This document shows, in pieces, positions 27,111 to 37,599 of a stretch of DNA of 64,000 nucleotides. Numbering within the stretch: position 1 is the stretch's first letter; the number at the start of each line of letters is the position of its first letter. The DNA lies in contig CAWGZR010000005.1 in NCBI GenBank assembly GCA_963827165.1, positions 736,001 to 800,000 of the forward strand, given 5' to 3'. The notes below the pieces were generated by a model. That model ran no database searches and was not told where the DNA came from. It saw nothing but the letters and a program-made list of their open reading frames with translations. Position numbers and translations under genes: made by a program. Source of the stretch: Candidatus Bathyarchaeota archaeon (GTDB taxonomy: Archaea > Thermoproteota > Bathyarchaeia > Bathyarchaeales > Bathycorpusculaceae).

Positions 27111-28424
27111 TTAAATCCCCGTTTGGTTCCAATAGTAGATGTGCTGATAACCCATATTCGATACTGGGTACTGCGGGTCAGCGTAAACTATGTCAAGGCT
27201 TACCCTGTACTGTGACAGAAGAGTGCTTGTGGCGACGGCTATCTGCATGGTTTTGTCGTCTGTGAGCCAGAATCCCCAGATTGTATCATTTGGGTTACGC
27301 ATGCCCCAACCATAATTTTGAGGCAAAACCAGCACTGCGTCTGGCTGACTTAAATCGGGGAACTGTTTTTGGTGTATGTCGTTCCAAAAGCTTTGCATGG
27401 CGATTAACTGGGTGTTTGTCAATGCGCCGTATAAGCTTCCGTTGTTATATGGGTAGTTGAAAACGGCGATGTATTTTGCTCCTGCTTCATAGGACGTTAG
27501 CATTTGGTCGTAGATTTCGGGTCCGCTGTCAAGATAGTAAGGTTCATCATTGTATTTCCAAGTGATCATTGCGCCCCAATCTTTTCCCTGTAATCTTGCG
27601 GCTCCCTTAACAAGCGCGATTTGCTCAGCGACGCTGCAGTTCCAACCTAACTCAGCAAACATTACGTTGTATCCGCCTAAGTAATCATACCAATAAAGCC
27701 CGTAGTCAGAAGTGAAGGTTGTTATATCCGCTGCTTTCAAAGTGCTAAGGCCGCTGTCTCCTTGAAGGATGTCTTGGACAAAAAAGTTGGCTTCCAAATT
27801 GTAGTTTGGCGGATCGGTTCCGTTTCCCATGTACCCAAGCATTTTCTGGTAAATTTTGTCGAGGTCCATGGTTGCATTTAAGTAATCCTGACTAAAGTTA
27901 GCTGCCCTCGAAAAGTTGGTGTTCAAGAAATACCTTTGAAAAAGCGTAAAATATGCAGACCAGTTCCCATCCAGCTGTATTCCGCCTGGTTCATCGTTGT
28001 AGTACATTCCCAGGAATTTGTTGCCCCATTTTGCTTTCCATTGCTCAGTGACGCTTAACGAGTTGTTCCAAAACCAGTAGCGACTGGCATCCAGGTGCGC
28101 CTGAACGCCAACGTTTACTATCACGCTTAATCCGTTGGCGACTGCGTAATCGCAGATTTCATTCACTGCCGTTTCGTTTTGAGTGAGTGCGTTTCTTCCC
28201 GCGTCTAAAATGAAGAGATTTGTGTAGCCTTTTACTTTGTCGATTAGGACTTTGGCTTCTTGCGTGGTGTTTCCACCGAAAGCTACCCCCACGTAAACGT
28301 TGTTCGGGTTGGCCTTAGGCTGGCTTCCAACGTTGTAAGAAGTGTATGCGCCCACTGAGACCGCAAGTAACGCTATGAGGAAGGCAGGAATCAAATATTT
28401 CTTGGATCCTTTATGGCTACTCAT
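27111..28424 (-). CDS. Secreted/membrane-anchored glycoprotein of unknown function, possibly glycoside-hydrolase-like TIM barrel
   Basis: N-terminal basic plus hydrophobic signal; Y/W/N-rich; YYNDEPGG; about 12 N-x-S/T sequons. Confidence 0.6.
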   Translation of the reverse strand: MSSHKGSKKYLIPAFLIALLAVSVGAYTSYNVGSQPKANPNNVYVGVAFGGNTTQEAKVLIDKVKGYTNLFILDAGRNALTQNETAVNEICDYAVANGLSVIVNVGVQAHLDASRYWFWNNSLSVTEQWKAKWGNKFLGMYYNDEPGGIQLDGNWSAYFTLFQRYFLNTNFSRAANFSQDYLNATMDLDKIYQKMLGYMGNGTDPPNYNLEANFFVQDILQGDSGLSTLKAADITTFTSDYGLYWYDYLGGYNVMFAELGWNCSVAEQIALVKGAARLQGKDWGAMITWKYNDEPYYLDSGPEIYDQMLTSYEAGAKYIAVFNYPYNNGSLYGALTNTQLIAMQSFWNDIHQKQFPDLSQPDAVLVLPQNYGWGMRNPNDTIWGFWLTDDKTMQIAVATSTLLSQYRVSLDIVYADPQYPVSNMGYQHIYYWNQTGI

Positions 28425-28605
28425 AGACGAACCTGCAGGAAACTGTTAACTTACCCCATCCTTAATGTCTTGCTGTAGAAACCCATCCCGGCTGATTTAT
28501 CAGAGGCGACCAGTTTTTGCTTTTACCAAGCAAACTCATCAAAGGTTCTTGTGAAGTTTTTAAAGGAGTCCAGTCATTCAACACTGGAAAGGAAGCGAAA
28601 ACAAA

Positions 28606-28977
28606 ATGGAACGAGCCAACGTTACAAAGGAAGAGATTCAACAGCAAGATACTCGTTTCCTAGCGGTTTATGTTGAATCAAAGAACTCATGCATGGTTAT
28701 GCTAAGCGAAAAGGAAGACAAGCTTGGGACCATGGCGATAGCTGTTCCCAAACCCAAAGAAGGCGTAGGAGCCGTCACGTCCTCAGTGCTTTTGGGCGAC
28801 AAAAACATTATTTCAGCACGGATGTTCGCCGAATACGTTGCCACCAAAAAAGGAAAAATCGCGCTTGTTTCAGTTTACCTAGAGAAGGTAAGTGAAATTC
28901 AAGCTCAGGGCTTCTTCAATAAGCTCATTGACAAACTAATTAAAGGGGACAGCCAAAAGGAGCCGACAGCAATCTAA
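28606..28977 (+). CDS. Proteasome assembly chaperone PAC3/PAC4-like protein
   Basis: KLGTMAIA, TSSVLLGD and A..A.K..K..LVS..L match my recollection of the human PSMG3/PSMG4 patterns; 123 aa. Confidence 0.6.
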   Translation: MERANVTKEEIQQQDTRFLAVYVESKNSCMVMLSEKEDKLGTMAIAVPKPKEGVGAVTSSVLLGDKNIISARMFAEYVATKKGKIALVSVYLEKVSEIQAQGFFNKLIDKLIKGDSQKEPTAI

Positions 28978-29019
28978 GAACAAGCTGCTCGTGCAGGCTG
29001 CTGTGAACGGTGAAATCCA

Positions 29020-29514
29020 ATGATTTGCCAGTTGACAACCGAGGATATTCAAGCGATTCTAAATGTTGTTAACAGCGCCGCAATCACCTATGAAGGCAAA
29101 ATCCCTAGCGACATGTGGAATCAACCTTACATGCTAGCGACGGAACTTGAAAAAGAAATTCAGAGCGGCGTTCAATTTTACGGCTGCAAAGAAAACGGCG
29201 TTTTAACGGTGGTTATGGGAATCCAACCGGTGAAGGGTGTCACCCTTATCAGGCATGCTTACGTTTTGCCTTCATGGCAGCGGAAAGGGCTTGGGCAAAA
29301 ACTGCTGAAACACCTGCTGAGTTTAGCTATTACACCTCTGGTTTATGTTGGTACATGGGAAGCAGCAATCTGGGCAGTGAAGTTTTACGAGAAAAACGGG
29401 TTTCAACTTGTGCCAGAGTCGGAAAAGAACAGGCTTTTGAGGAAGTATTGGGATATTTCGGAGCGACAGGTTGAAACATCAGTGGTACTCAAAATGGAAA
29501 GGCACCCCCAATGA
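29020..29514 (+). CDS. GNAT family N-acetyltransferase
   Basis: YVLPSWQRKGLG acetyl-CoA motif and AVKFYEKNGF. Confidence 0.9.
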   Translation: MICQLTTEDIQAILNVVNSAAITYEGKIPSDMWNQPYMLATELEKEIQSGVQFYGCKENGVLTVVMGIQPVKGVTLIRHAYVLPSWQRKGLGQKLLKHLLSLAITPLVYVGTWEAAIWAVKFYEKNGFQLVPESEKNRLLRKYWDISERQVETSVVLKMERHPQ

Positions 29515-30572
29515 AAGAAACCCTGCTGCTCAAAGTTGATTCTGAAAAACCCGATACATCCAAAATCGAGGTTGCTGCGCAGTTCATCCGCAAAGGCGGT
29601 CTCGTGGCTTTCCCCACCGAAACAGTTTACGGCTTAGGTGCCGACGCGCTTAACGCTGACGCTGTCTTAGCTCTCTTTGAAGCTAAAAAACGTCCTTTAG
29701 ATAACCCACCAATCGTCCACATCGCCGATCCGCGCGAAGTTTGCCGGTTGGTTGAAGAGGTGCCTAAGAAAGCAGATTTGTTGATGACGCATTTTTGGCC
29801 TGGCCCGTTGACGCTGGTTTTTCGGCGTTCAAGCATCGTGCCAGACGTGACAGTTGCCAATTTAGACACGGTTGCGGTTCGAATGCCCAAACATCAAGTG
29901 GCTTTAGCTTTGATTAGGCAAAGCGGCTGCCCTATTGCTGCTCCAAGCGCGAACTTGGCAGGGAAACCCAGCCCGACAAATGCCCAGCATGTTTTCGAGG
30001 ATTTAAACGGACGAATTGACGCTATTTTAGACGGTGGTCCCACAAACATCGGGGTCGAATCAACAGTTGTCGATGTAAGCGTTGATCCGCCGATGGTTCT
30101 TCGTCCAGGCGGAACCCCCTTTGAAGCGCTGAAACAGGTTTTAGGCGATATGAGGCTTCATCCCTTCGTTTTGGCTGAGGCTGAGTTGCCGCTGGAAAAG
30201 ATGCGTTCCCCCGGAATGAGGCATAAGCATTACGCACCGAAAGCGGACGTGCTTCTCGTTGAGGGAGACGTTTCAGCCGTTGTAGCAAAAGTTAAAGAGC
30301 TAACTGAATTTTACGTGCGAAATGGTGTAAAAGTGGGCGTATTAGCCACCGACGAAACCCAAAATAACTATAGAGCCGACGTCGTTAAATCGCTGGGAAG
30401 CCGCTTCAATTTGGAGCTTGTTGCTCAACGCCTTTTTAGTTTGCTAAGAGAGGTCGACGCCCAAGGGGTCAGTGTAATAATCGCTGAGGGTGTTTCTTCT
30501 GAGGGGCTTGGGTTAGCCGTCATGAACAGGCTGCGCAAAGCATCGGGCTACCACATCGTCAAAGCCAACTGA
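29511..30572 (+). CDS. sua5: L-threonylcarbamoyladenylate synthase Sua5
   Basis: FPTETVYGLGA, KKRPLDNP, WPGPLT, APSAN, PGM..KHYAP and NRLRKA motifs. Confidence 0.95.
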   Translation: MKETLLLKVDSEKPDTSKIEVAAQFIRKGGLVAFPTETVYGLGADALNADAVLALFEAKKRPLDNPPIVHIADPREVCRLVEEVPKKADLLMTHFWPGPLTLVFRRSSIVPDVTVANLDTVAVRMPKHQVALALIRQSGCPIAAPSANLAGKPSPTNAQHVFEDLNGRIDAILDGGPTNIGVESTVVDVSVDPPMVLRPGGTPFEALKQVLGDMRLHPFVLAEAELPLEKMRSPGMRHKHYAPKADVLLVEGDVSAVVAKVKELTEFYVRNGVKVGVLATDETQNNYRADVVKSLGSRFNLELVAQRLFSLLREVDAQGVSVIIAEGVSSEGLGLAVMNRLRKASGYHIVKAN

Positions 30573-30980
30573 GCTCACCTGCGAATCAACGCAAGAAGAT
30601 CATCTATAGCCATAGTTGCTACATATACCACACTGTCAGCGGGCCGTATTAGATCAAGAGCCTGCTGTCAATGATTACATTGCCGCAGCTGAAAACAACG
30701 TTGGGCACTTTGCCGAAACGTCCTAGTCTCTTTTAGGACCCAAATATGCTCTTTTGAACGATGCAAAATCTGTTCGGAAAGCTCCCAGACTTGGTTTTAC
30801 GCTGGTGACCTTATGCCTCCAAGAGACATTGAAAGCGACAAGAGGAAAAGACAATAGATTAAACAATTCTTGATATTGGCCTTGCTGAGTCTAAAAGGAC
30901 ATGAGGAAAAAAATACAAGTGTTAAGTTCAATTTGACCTATTCTGAAATAAGCGATTAGAAATGGACGAAATTATTATCT

Positions 30981-31200
30981 TCACGGCTTCTTTTTTCTTC
31001 ATACCAAATGAGTAGATAGTAGATTATACCATATGCTATTAAAGCAGAAACACCACTAAGAACACAAAACCCAAACTTACTACATTTATTGTATCATACA
31101 AATAAAAAACTAATACGAAAATATAGGCAAGAAAAACAATAGCCAGTACTGTTCTTGCCCTCGATGTGCTGTAAGGTTGTTTTTCTTTTGCTGTTTTCAT
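30981..31200 (-). pseudogene. Small hydrophobic ORF, probably frameshifted
   Basis: ATG at 31200 gives MKTAKEKQPYSTSRARTVLAIVFLAYIFVLVFYLYDTINVVS..., stopping at 31039. A shifted frame from the T-run near 31073 continues FGFCVLSGVSALIAYGIIYYLLIWYEEKKKP* (stop 30981). Confidence 0.35.
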
Positions 31201-31657
31201 CTAATTGCCGTTGTTGCTCTTAGTATATAAAATTAAAGCTTTATGGAAAAACAGACCTAAAATAAGATTAAGAAAGAGATATGGGTTTATTGTTGGCTCT
31301 TAGCCCTTTCAGCTACTTCTTTATCCATTCAGTTTTTAGCATTTTTATATGCTCTTTTAAATGCTTTATCGTCTCTCTGAAGTCTTTCATACTTTTCTTT
31401 GGTTGGGTCTGATTCTTTAACTATTTCCATGACTTCTTCATTTTTGCGTTATAGAAGTTTTCTTACGCTTTCAAAGCTAAGTAGCCATGCCTTATCACTC
31501 GGTCAATCGGCTCACTGTATGTCGCTTCTCAACAAACTTAAATTAAAGAATTGTGGGTTTGCATGGTTTCCAATATCTGACTCTCCCAAAAAATTTATAT
31601 TTAAATATCTGATTGTTGAATTCCGTTTATATTAAAACAATAAAAATTGGTGAAAAT

Positions 31658-33337
31658 ATGTCTCAAGGTGGAACAGTTCCAATTCTAGTACTTAAAGAAG
31701 GAACAGGCCGAACAACAGGCCGCGAAGCACAGAAAAATAACATCATGGCTGCAAAAATAGTGGCTGAAGCAGTGAAAAGCACGCTTGGTCCCTGCGGCAT
31801 GGATAAAATGCTTGTTAACAGCATGGGCGATGTCGCCATAACAAATGACGGGGCAACGATAATGAAAGAGCTCGATATTCAGCATCCAGCAGCAAAAATG
31901 CTCGTTGAAGTTGCTAAAGCTCAAGACAACGAAGTAGGCGACGGCACAACAACCGCGGTGATTTTAGCAGGAGAGTTGCTTTCAAAAGCTGAAGGCTTGC
32001 TTGACAAAAACGTGCATCCGACAGTTATTATTGAAGGTTACAAGAAGGCAAGCGAGAAAGCTCAAGAAATACTGAATCAAATAGCCATTCCTATTTCGTT
32101 CGATGATGATAAAACCCTCAGGGATATAGCCATAACTTCCCTGGCAAGCAAAGGTATCAACGTTGCTGAAGATCACTTTGCAAAAATCATCGTTGAATCA
32201 GTCAAACAAGTTACCGAAAAGGTCGAAGGCAAATGCAAAGCTGACATTGACCTAATAAAAATCGTTAAGAAACACGGCAAAAGCTTGGATGAAACAGAAC
32301 TCGTCAAAGGGATGGTTATTGACAAGGAAGTCGCAAGTTCACAAATGCCCAAAGTAATTGACGGTGCAAAAATTGCCCTGTTAGACACGAAGTTGGAGAT
32401 TGAAAAAACAGAGTTCGATGCCAAAATTAACATTGAAAGCCCCGACCAAATGCAGGCTTTCCTCGACGAAGAAGAACGCATGCTCAAAGAAATGGTTACG
32501 TCAATCACGAAATCTGGCGCAAATGTCGTGTTCTGCGAAAAAGGCATTGACGACATGGCATTGCACTTCCTAGGCAAAGCCGGAGTTTTAGCAGTTAAAA
32601 GCGTAAGCAGTAGCGATGTTGAAAAACTTTCCAAAGCAACAGGCGCCACAATAGTTGCAAACGTAAAAGACTTGGGCGCTGATACACTCGGCAAAGCAAA
32701 ACGGGTTGAAGAAGTCAAAATCGGCGACGACAAACTCATCTATGTCCGCGATGCAAAGAACCCCAAAGCCGTAACCATCGTTATCCGAGGCGCATCTAAC
32801 CATGTCATCGACGAAGCAGAACGATCACTCCATGACGGTTTATGTGTTGTTCGAAATGCGATTGAAGACGGCAAAATCGTTGCAGGCGGCGGCGCACCAG
32901 AAGCAGAACTAGCCAAAGGCTTACGTGCATACGCAGTCAAAGTCGGCGGACGAGAACAGCTCGCCGTGGAGGCTTATGCAGATGCGGTCGAAGCAATTCC
33001 ACTTACATTGGCGGAAAACGCAGGGTTGGACCCGATAGACATCATGGTTGCGTTAAGGGCTCAGCATGAAAAGCCAGACAGCAAATATTTCGGCATCGAA
33101 GTTACAACAGGCAAAATCAAGAATATGCTAGATCTACTCGTCATCGAACCACTTCGCGTGAAACAGCAAGTCATAAAATCAGCCACAGAAGCCACAAACA
33201 TGATACTCAAAATCGACGACCTAATTAGCATCAAAGGCGGCGGAAAAATGCCTCCAATGCCTCCAGGCGGCATGGGCGGTATGGGCGGCATGGGTGGAAT
33301 GGGTGGCATGGGCGGTATGGGCGGAATGCCCTACTAA
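31658..33337 (+). CDS. ths: Thermosome subunit (group II chaperonin)
   Basis: STLGP.GMDKM, TNDGATI, GDGTTT and GGGAPE motifs; GGM tail. ATG at 31658. Confidence 0.96.
   Translation: MSQGGTVPILVLKEGTGRTTGREAQKNNIMAAKIVAEAVKSTLGPCGMDKMLVNSMGDVAITNDGATIMKELDIQHPAAKMLVEVAKAQDNEVGDGTTTAVILAGELLSKAEGLLDKNVHPTVIIEGYKKASEKAQEILNQIAIPISFDDDKTLRDIAITSLASKGINVAEDHFAKIIVESVKQVTEKVEGKCKADIDLIKIVKKHGKSLDETELVKGMVIDKEVASSQMPKVIDGAKIALLDTKLEIEKTEFDAKINIESPDQMQAFLDEEERMLKEMVTSITKSGANVVFCEKGIDDMALHFLGKAGVLAVKSVSSSDVEKLSKATGATIVANVKDLGADTLGKAKRVEEVKIGDDKLIYVRDAKNPKAVTIVIRGASNHVIDEAERSLHDGLCVVRNAIEDGKIVAGGGAPEAELAKGLRAYAVKVGGREQLAVEAYADAVEAIPLTLAENAGLDPIDIMVALRAQHEKPDSKYFGIEVTTGKIKNMLDLLVIEPLRVKQQVIKSATEATNMILKIDDLISIKGGGKMPPMPPGGMGGMGGMGGMGGMGGMGGMPY
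33266..33328 (+). repeat. (GGM)7 coding repeat of the chaperonin C-terminal tail
   Basis: Seven 9-nt GGNGGNATG units. Confidence 0.9.
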
Positions 33338-33456
33338 AAGCCTAAAATTTCTTCTTTCTTTTGTAGTTTAGAATCCATTCGATCTTATTGTTTTTCTCAA
33401 AGCAACCTTATATTTGGAAATGCTAGACATTATCGATATCTTGGAGCCTCACATTT

Positions 33457-34185
33457 ATGAAGCATGTCAACATCGCTGCGTTTGATTGTCCAGACGCATG
33501 GTTCAAAACGCTGAAAAACATTTGGAATGAAGGCGATGCCTTCCAGGTTGGATATGGCTCTGAAGAAACAGAGACAAAGAAACTGAACCTCACCATAGAA
33601 ATCATGCATCCAGAGAATCGTCCGCTTCTCAGCGACAAGGCTCCCTGCGACATGGCTTACGTGCAGTGGTACGCGTTGACTTACCTGTGGTGCGGCAAAG
33701 AGGGAAAGCAAGATGAAACCTACACTTACGGTAGCCGGCTTCGGGATCCAGTGGACCAAGTCGAAGAAGCCATAAACCGCTTTGTAGAAGAGCAGAGGGA
33801 CAGGCAAGTGACAATGGTGGTGCGGTTGCCCGAAGACATTCTAAAAATTAGCCCCAAAACAAAAGAGCGAATGGAACCGCCTTGCCTGAGCCTGATTGAC
33901 ACGGAAATCCTGAAGGGACAAATGCATTTGACGTGTTACTTCCGCAGCTGGGACGCATTCGCTGGGTTGCCTGCAAACATCGCAGGGCTCCAACTTTTCA
34001 ATGAAGCTTTTGTCACAGAAATCAACGAGCGAGGAAACCTTTCGCTCAAAACTGGCAAATTGATTTTCCACTCCAAGAACTGTCACATCTACAAGCGCCA
34101 GTTTCACCTTGTTCAGGAGCTCTTGGAACCAAAGGATAAACTAAGTCGCATGGCAAAAGCAATGGTTGAAGAAAAAGAGGAATAA
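33457..34185 (+). CDS. thyA: Archaeal-type thymidylate synthase (ThyA fold)
   Basis: YTYGSR, PPCL, FRSWD, PAN and H.Y motifs. Confidence 0.82.
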   Translation: MKHVNIAAFDCPDAWFKTLKNIWNEGDAFQVGYGSEETETKKLNLTIEIMHPENRPLLSDKAPCDMAYVQWYALTYLWCGKEGKQDETYTYGSRLRDPVDQVEEAINRFVEEQRDRQVTMVVRLPEDILKISPKTKERMEPPCLSLIDTEILKGQMHLTCYFRSWDAFAGLPANIAGLQLFNEAFVTEINERGNLSLKTGKLIFHSKNCHIYKRQFHLVQELLEPKDKLSRMAKAMVEEKEE

Positions 34186-34359
34186 GCTGGCGCAAGCTCA
34201 GGCAGCACACCGTCATGTAGCTGATTAATTGCCTCTTTAATCTGAGATTTCTATCTTCCGAAAAAAATCGTTACCTCTGCAAAAGTATCAAAGCGCAAAG
34301 GATTTATTCCCTTCCAAAGTGCAAAGAAAGGTTTTAAAGGCTACTTTTGCCTAGAAAGA

Positions 34360-34887
34360 TTGGGGAAACTAATGGGTTACGCTGCGAAATGGAAGGCGCT
34401 TGAGGACCTGATGATCGCGCTCAACATGAAAGGCTTTGCGACTTCGCCAAAAATAATTGGTGATTTAAGAAGCGCTAAGCTGATGATTAAAATCTCTGGT
34501 GCAGGTGAGGGCAGCGACGACGCATCCATGAAGCTAGATGAAATTCTTGGAACAGTCGAATCGGAACTTGTATCTGGGGCACAAAACGTACTGACGTCAG
34601 AAGAAATTGATGAATGGCTCAAACGTTTAGACGGAGCCAGCTTGCCAACATGCGAGGTAAAAGGAGAAAGTGAAGCCGCCTTCGTCACAGGTGTTCCAAG
34701 AGACCAAAAATGGATTAGAGTCGAACCTATTGCCCGCTTGTCAACCTTGAAGCTTCAGCAAATCGCCAAGGAAAACAGCCTTTCGCTCAACCAGCAAAAA
34801 GACGGGCGGCTAGTAGTTTACGGTCAACAGGAAGGCATAAAGGCGTTTCTGAAGAAGATGACAGAAGAAGCTCAAACGAAAAAATAA
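34360..34887 (+). CDS. DUF2096 family protein
   Basis: W..L..L, DLRSAK.MI, VE..L and G.PR...WIRV pattern. Confidence 0.7.
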   Translation: MGKLMGYAAKWKALEDLMIALNMKGFATSPKIIGDLRSAKLMIKISGAGEGSDDASMKLDEILGTVESELVSGAQNVLTSEEIDEWLKRLDGASLPTCEVKGESEAAFVTGVPRDQKWIRVEPIARLSTLKLQQIAKENSLSLNQQKDGRLVVYGQQEGIKAFLKKMTEEAQTKK

Positions 34888-34954
34888 GCGCCAGCTAGTC
34901 AGCGATTAATTCGGCGTTTTTCGTTTCGATATGTTTTTTACGTAAAGTTCGCTA

Positions 34955-36217
34955 GTGTGCATTAACGTGATTGTCGTGGTGAAGCTTAAAGGATTCCAGA
35001 AATTGACGTTAACCGATAAAGCCCTCCAAACATGGCTTGAAACGTTGCAGATAGGCAAACCCAATGTTGAGGCGGTGTCTTTGCAGGGTGCGTTGGGTCG
35101 GGTTTTAGCCGAAGACCTTGTTGCTCAAGAAAGTTTGCCGCGGTTTGACAAATCAGCCATGGACGGTTATGCTTTGAACTCAGCAGACTCCGCGGGCGCT
35201 TCGCAGTCTAAACCCGGGATCTTTGAGTTAACCGACAGCCAAACGTTGGGTGCAAAGCAAGCCAAGCAGGTTTGGACTGGGAACCCAATTCCCAAAGGTG
35301 CCGACGCCGTCATTATGCTTGAAAACACCGAGAAAAAAGAAGCCAAACTTCAGGTTTGGAGTCAACTAACTCCAGGCGAAAACATCGCAAAAATCGGGGA
35401 AGACCTAAAAAAATGTACATTGATAGCTAAAGCAGGCGCCCGACTAAACCCATATCACATTGGGTTAGCAGCAGCTTTGGGCTTGAGCCATCTTAAAGTC
35501 GCCGTAAAACCCAAAATCGGAATAGTCGCTACGGGTAACGAGCTTGCCGAAGCAGGAGGAAAGCTTAGTGGCAGCCTGATTTTTGACTCCAACAAAATTA
35601 TGATTTCATCAATGTGCAGAGAGATAGGAGCAGATACAACCGACTATGGAATAGCAAAAGACGACGTCGACGAAATCGCTGAAAAAATCGGCGTGGCGCT
35701 TGAAACTCAAGACGCCGTCGTCACCACAGGTGGTACAAGCGTCGGCGGCTTAGATTTGGTGCCTGACGCAGTCAATAAGCTGGGAAAGCCAGGCGTCTTG
35801 GTTCACGGCGTTTCGCTTCGACCCGCAATGCCTACGGCGCTTGCCATGCTGCAGAAAAAACCTGTCTTGATTTTGTCTGGCAACCCAGTTGCAGCAATCG
35901 TAGGGTTCGAAGTCTTCGGTCGTCCGATGGTTTGCAAGTTTCTTGGCATGAATGAAACCGAGCCAAGACCCATGCTAAAGGCTGTTTTAACAAGGAAAGT
36001 TGCGAGTGCTTTGGGAAGAAAAACGTATGTGCGGGTTCACGTTACTTTGAAGGATGGCGAGTTTTACGCTGAGCCAGTAAGTGCCAAGGGGTCAGGTTCA
36101 ATTTCTACAATGACCCAAAGCAACGGCTTTCTCGTGGTTCCTGAAAACCGTGAAGGCATAAGCGGCGGCGAAGTGGTTATCGTGCACATGTTCGGCATCG
36201 CGGAGGCAGTGTCCTAA
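34955..36217 (+). CDS. moeA: Molybdopterin molybdotransferase MoeA
   Basis: GRVLAED, SAMDGYA, TG.P.P.GAD, TGGTSVG and SGNP motifs. True start is probably GTG at 34976 or 34979. Confidence 0.93.
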   Translation: MCINVIVVVKLKGFQKLTLTDKALQTWLETLQIGKPNVEAVSLQGALGRVLAEDLVAQESLPRFDKSAMDGYALNSADSAGASQSKPGIFELTDSQTLGAKQAKQVWTGNPIPKGADAVIMLENTEKKEAKLQVWSQLTPGENIAKIGEDLKKCTLIAKAGARLNPYHIGLAAALGLSHLKVAVKPKIGIVATGNELAEAGGKLSGSLIFDSNKIMISSMCREIGADTTDYGIAKDDVDEIAEKIGVALETQDAVVTTGGTSVGGLDLVPDAVNKLGKPGVLVHGVSLRPAMPTALAMLQKKPVLILSGNPVAAIVGFEVFGRPMVCKFLGMNETEPRPMLKAVLTRKVASALGRKTYVRVHVTLKDGEFYAEPVSAKGSGSISTMTQSNGFLVVPENREGISGGEVVIVHMFGIAEAVS

Positions 36218-37447
36218 TTGTTCAGGAAACTTATGACTTTTGAAGAAGCGCAAAGAGCTATCGCGTCTCAGTTTAAAGCCCCCGCCTTAGGCGAAGAAGA
36301 CGCAGTGCTGCTGGAAGCTTACAACCGTGTGTTAGCTGAAGATGTGGTTTCGATGCTGGATATTCCCCCGTTTAGTCGCTCCACTGTGGACGGGTACGCC
36401 GTAAAAGCTGAGGACACTTTCGAGGGAGACGAAAATCAGCCTGCCTGCCTCAAGGTCAGCGGCGTCGTAAACATAGGCGAACAGCCTAAGGTCACGGTCG
36501 GCAAATGCGAGACGGTTGAAATCGTGACTGGAGCGCCGATTCCGGAGGGCGCAGACGCAGCGGTCATGGTTGAAGATACGGAACGGGAAGACAGCGAACT
36601 GCAAATATTCAGCCCAGTCAAGCCGAACGAGAACGTTATGAAGAAAGGTTCAGACATAAAGATGGGTGAGGTGGTGCTCAAAAAAGGGCAGGTCTTGGGA
36701 TCTTCAGAAATAGGCGTTTTGGCAGCCTTGGGCTTAACCAAAGTCAAAGTTTCAAAAATCCCGATGATCGCCGTCTTATCGACGGGCGGGGAAATAACGG
36801 AACCTGGCCAGCCCCTGTCGCAGGGAAAAATCTACGACATAAACGCTTATAGCATAAGCACAGCAGTTATTGAAAGCGGCGGCAAACCCGTTTACTTCGG
36901 CGTTGTAGCTGACGACAAAGCAGCTCTCTCAAAGGCTTTGCATACTGCGTTGTCTTCAGCGGACATGGTTATCACTTCAGGCGGCGTCTCCGTGGGTCCT
37001 CGGGATTACACTCCGCAAATCGTGGATTCGCTAGGCAAACCGGGAATTATTGTTTATGGCATAGCAGTTAAACCAGGCAAGCCTACGACTGTCGGTTTCG
37101 TCGGGGACAAGCCTATTTTTTCATTGCCCGGTCATCCCACGTCAGCACTGCTGATTTTCTATATGTTGGCTAGACCCCTGATTCAGCAGTTAGCTGGAAG
37201 ACCCGTCACTCCCATGAAAACCATCAGAGCTGCTGCGGGTTCACGCATGTTCAGCGCCAAGGGCAGGCGAACGTTTGTTATGGTCAGGTTGGTGTTTGAT
37301 AAAAGCTGCCGTTTGATTGCTGAACCCGTAGAATCAGGCGCTTCGGGCGCAATAACAACATTGGCGAAGGCTGATGGGTTCGTGGAGATTCCTGAAAACG
37401 AGCAGTTTGTGGATGCGGACCAAGAAGTCGCGGTTTTTCTTTTTTGA
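36218..37447 (+). CDS. moeA: Molybdopterin molybdotransferase MoeA (second paralog)
   Basis: STVDGYAV, SGGVSVG, KPGKP and LPGHP motifs. Confidence 0.93.
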   Translation: MFRKLMTFEEAQRAIASQFKAPALGEEDAVLLEAYNRVLAEDVVSMLDIPPFSRSTVDGYAVKAEDTFEGDENQPACLKVSGVVNIGEQPKVTVGKCETVEIVTGAPIPEGADAAVMVEDTEREDSELQIFSPVKPNENVMKKGSDIKMGEVVLKKGQVLGSSEIGVLAALGLTKVKVSKIPMIAVLSTGGEITEPGQPLSQGKIYDINAYSISTAVIESGGKPVYFGVVADDKAALSKALHTALSSADMVITSGGVSVGPRDYTPQIVDSLGKPGIIVYGIAVKPGKPTTVGFVGDKPIFSLPGHPTSALLIFYMLARPLIQQLAGRPVTPMKTIRAAAGSRMFSAKGRRTFVMVRLVFDKSCRLIAEPVESGASGAITTLAKADGFVEIPENEQFVDADQEVAVFLF

Positions 37448-37599
37448 AACGTGCCAAGAAAAGTTTAGGATCCACTAAAACTCTTTTCTTTTGTAAATCC
37501 TTTCTTCCGGCATCAGCAAAAACCCTGCATAATAGCCTTTCGCTGATTGAATACGATTGTTCGCGGGTCCAAGAAAATCCACAATCGAAAAAAATTGTT

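Noticed and set aside
30670-30716. C/D box sRNA (ATGATTA...CTGA...CCGA)
   Set aside because: Box C and the second D box are imperfect, no C' box is seen, and rRNA complementarity of the guide is weak.
33266-33328. Novel tandem repeat
   Set aside because: Ordinary GGM tail of a chaperonin.
34955-37447. Tandem moeA duplication as a novelty
   Set aside because: Two adjacent moeA paralogs are common in archaea.
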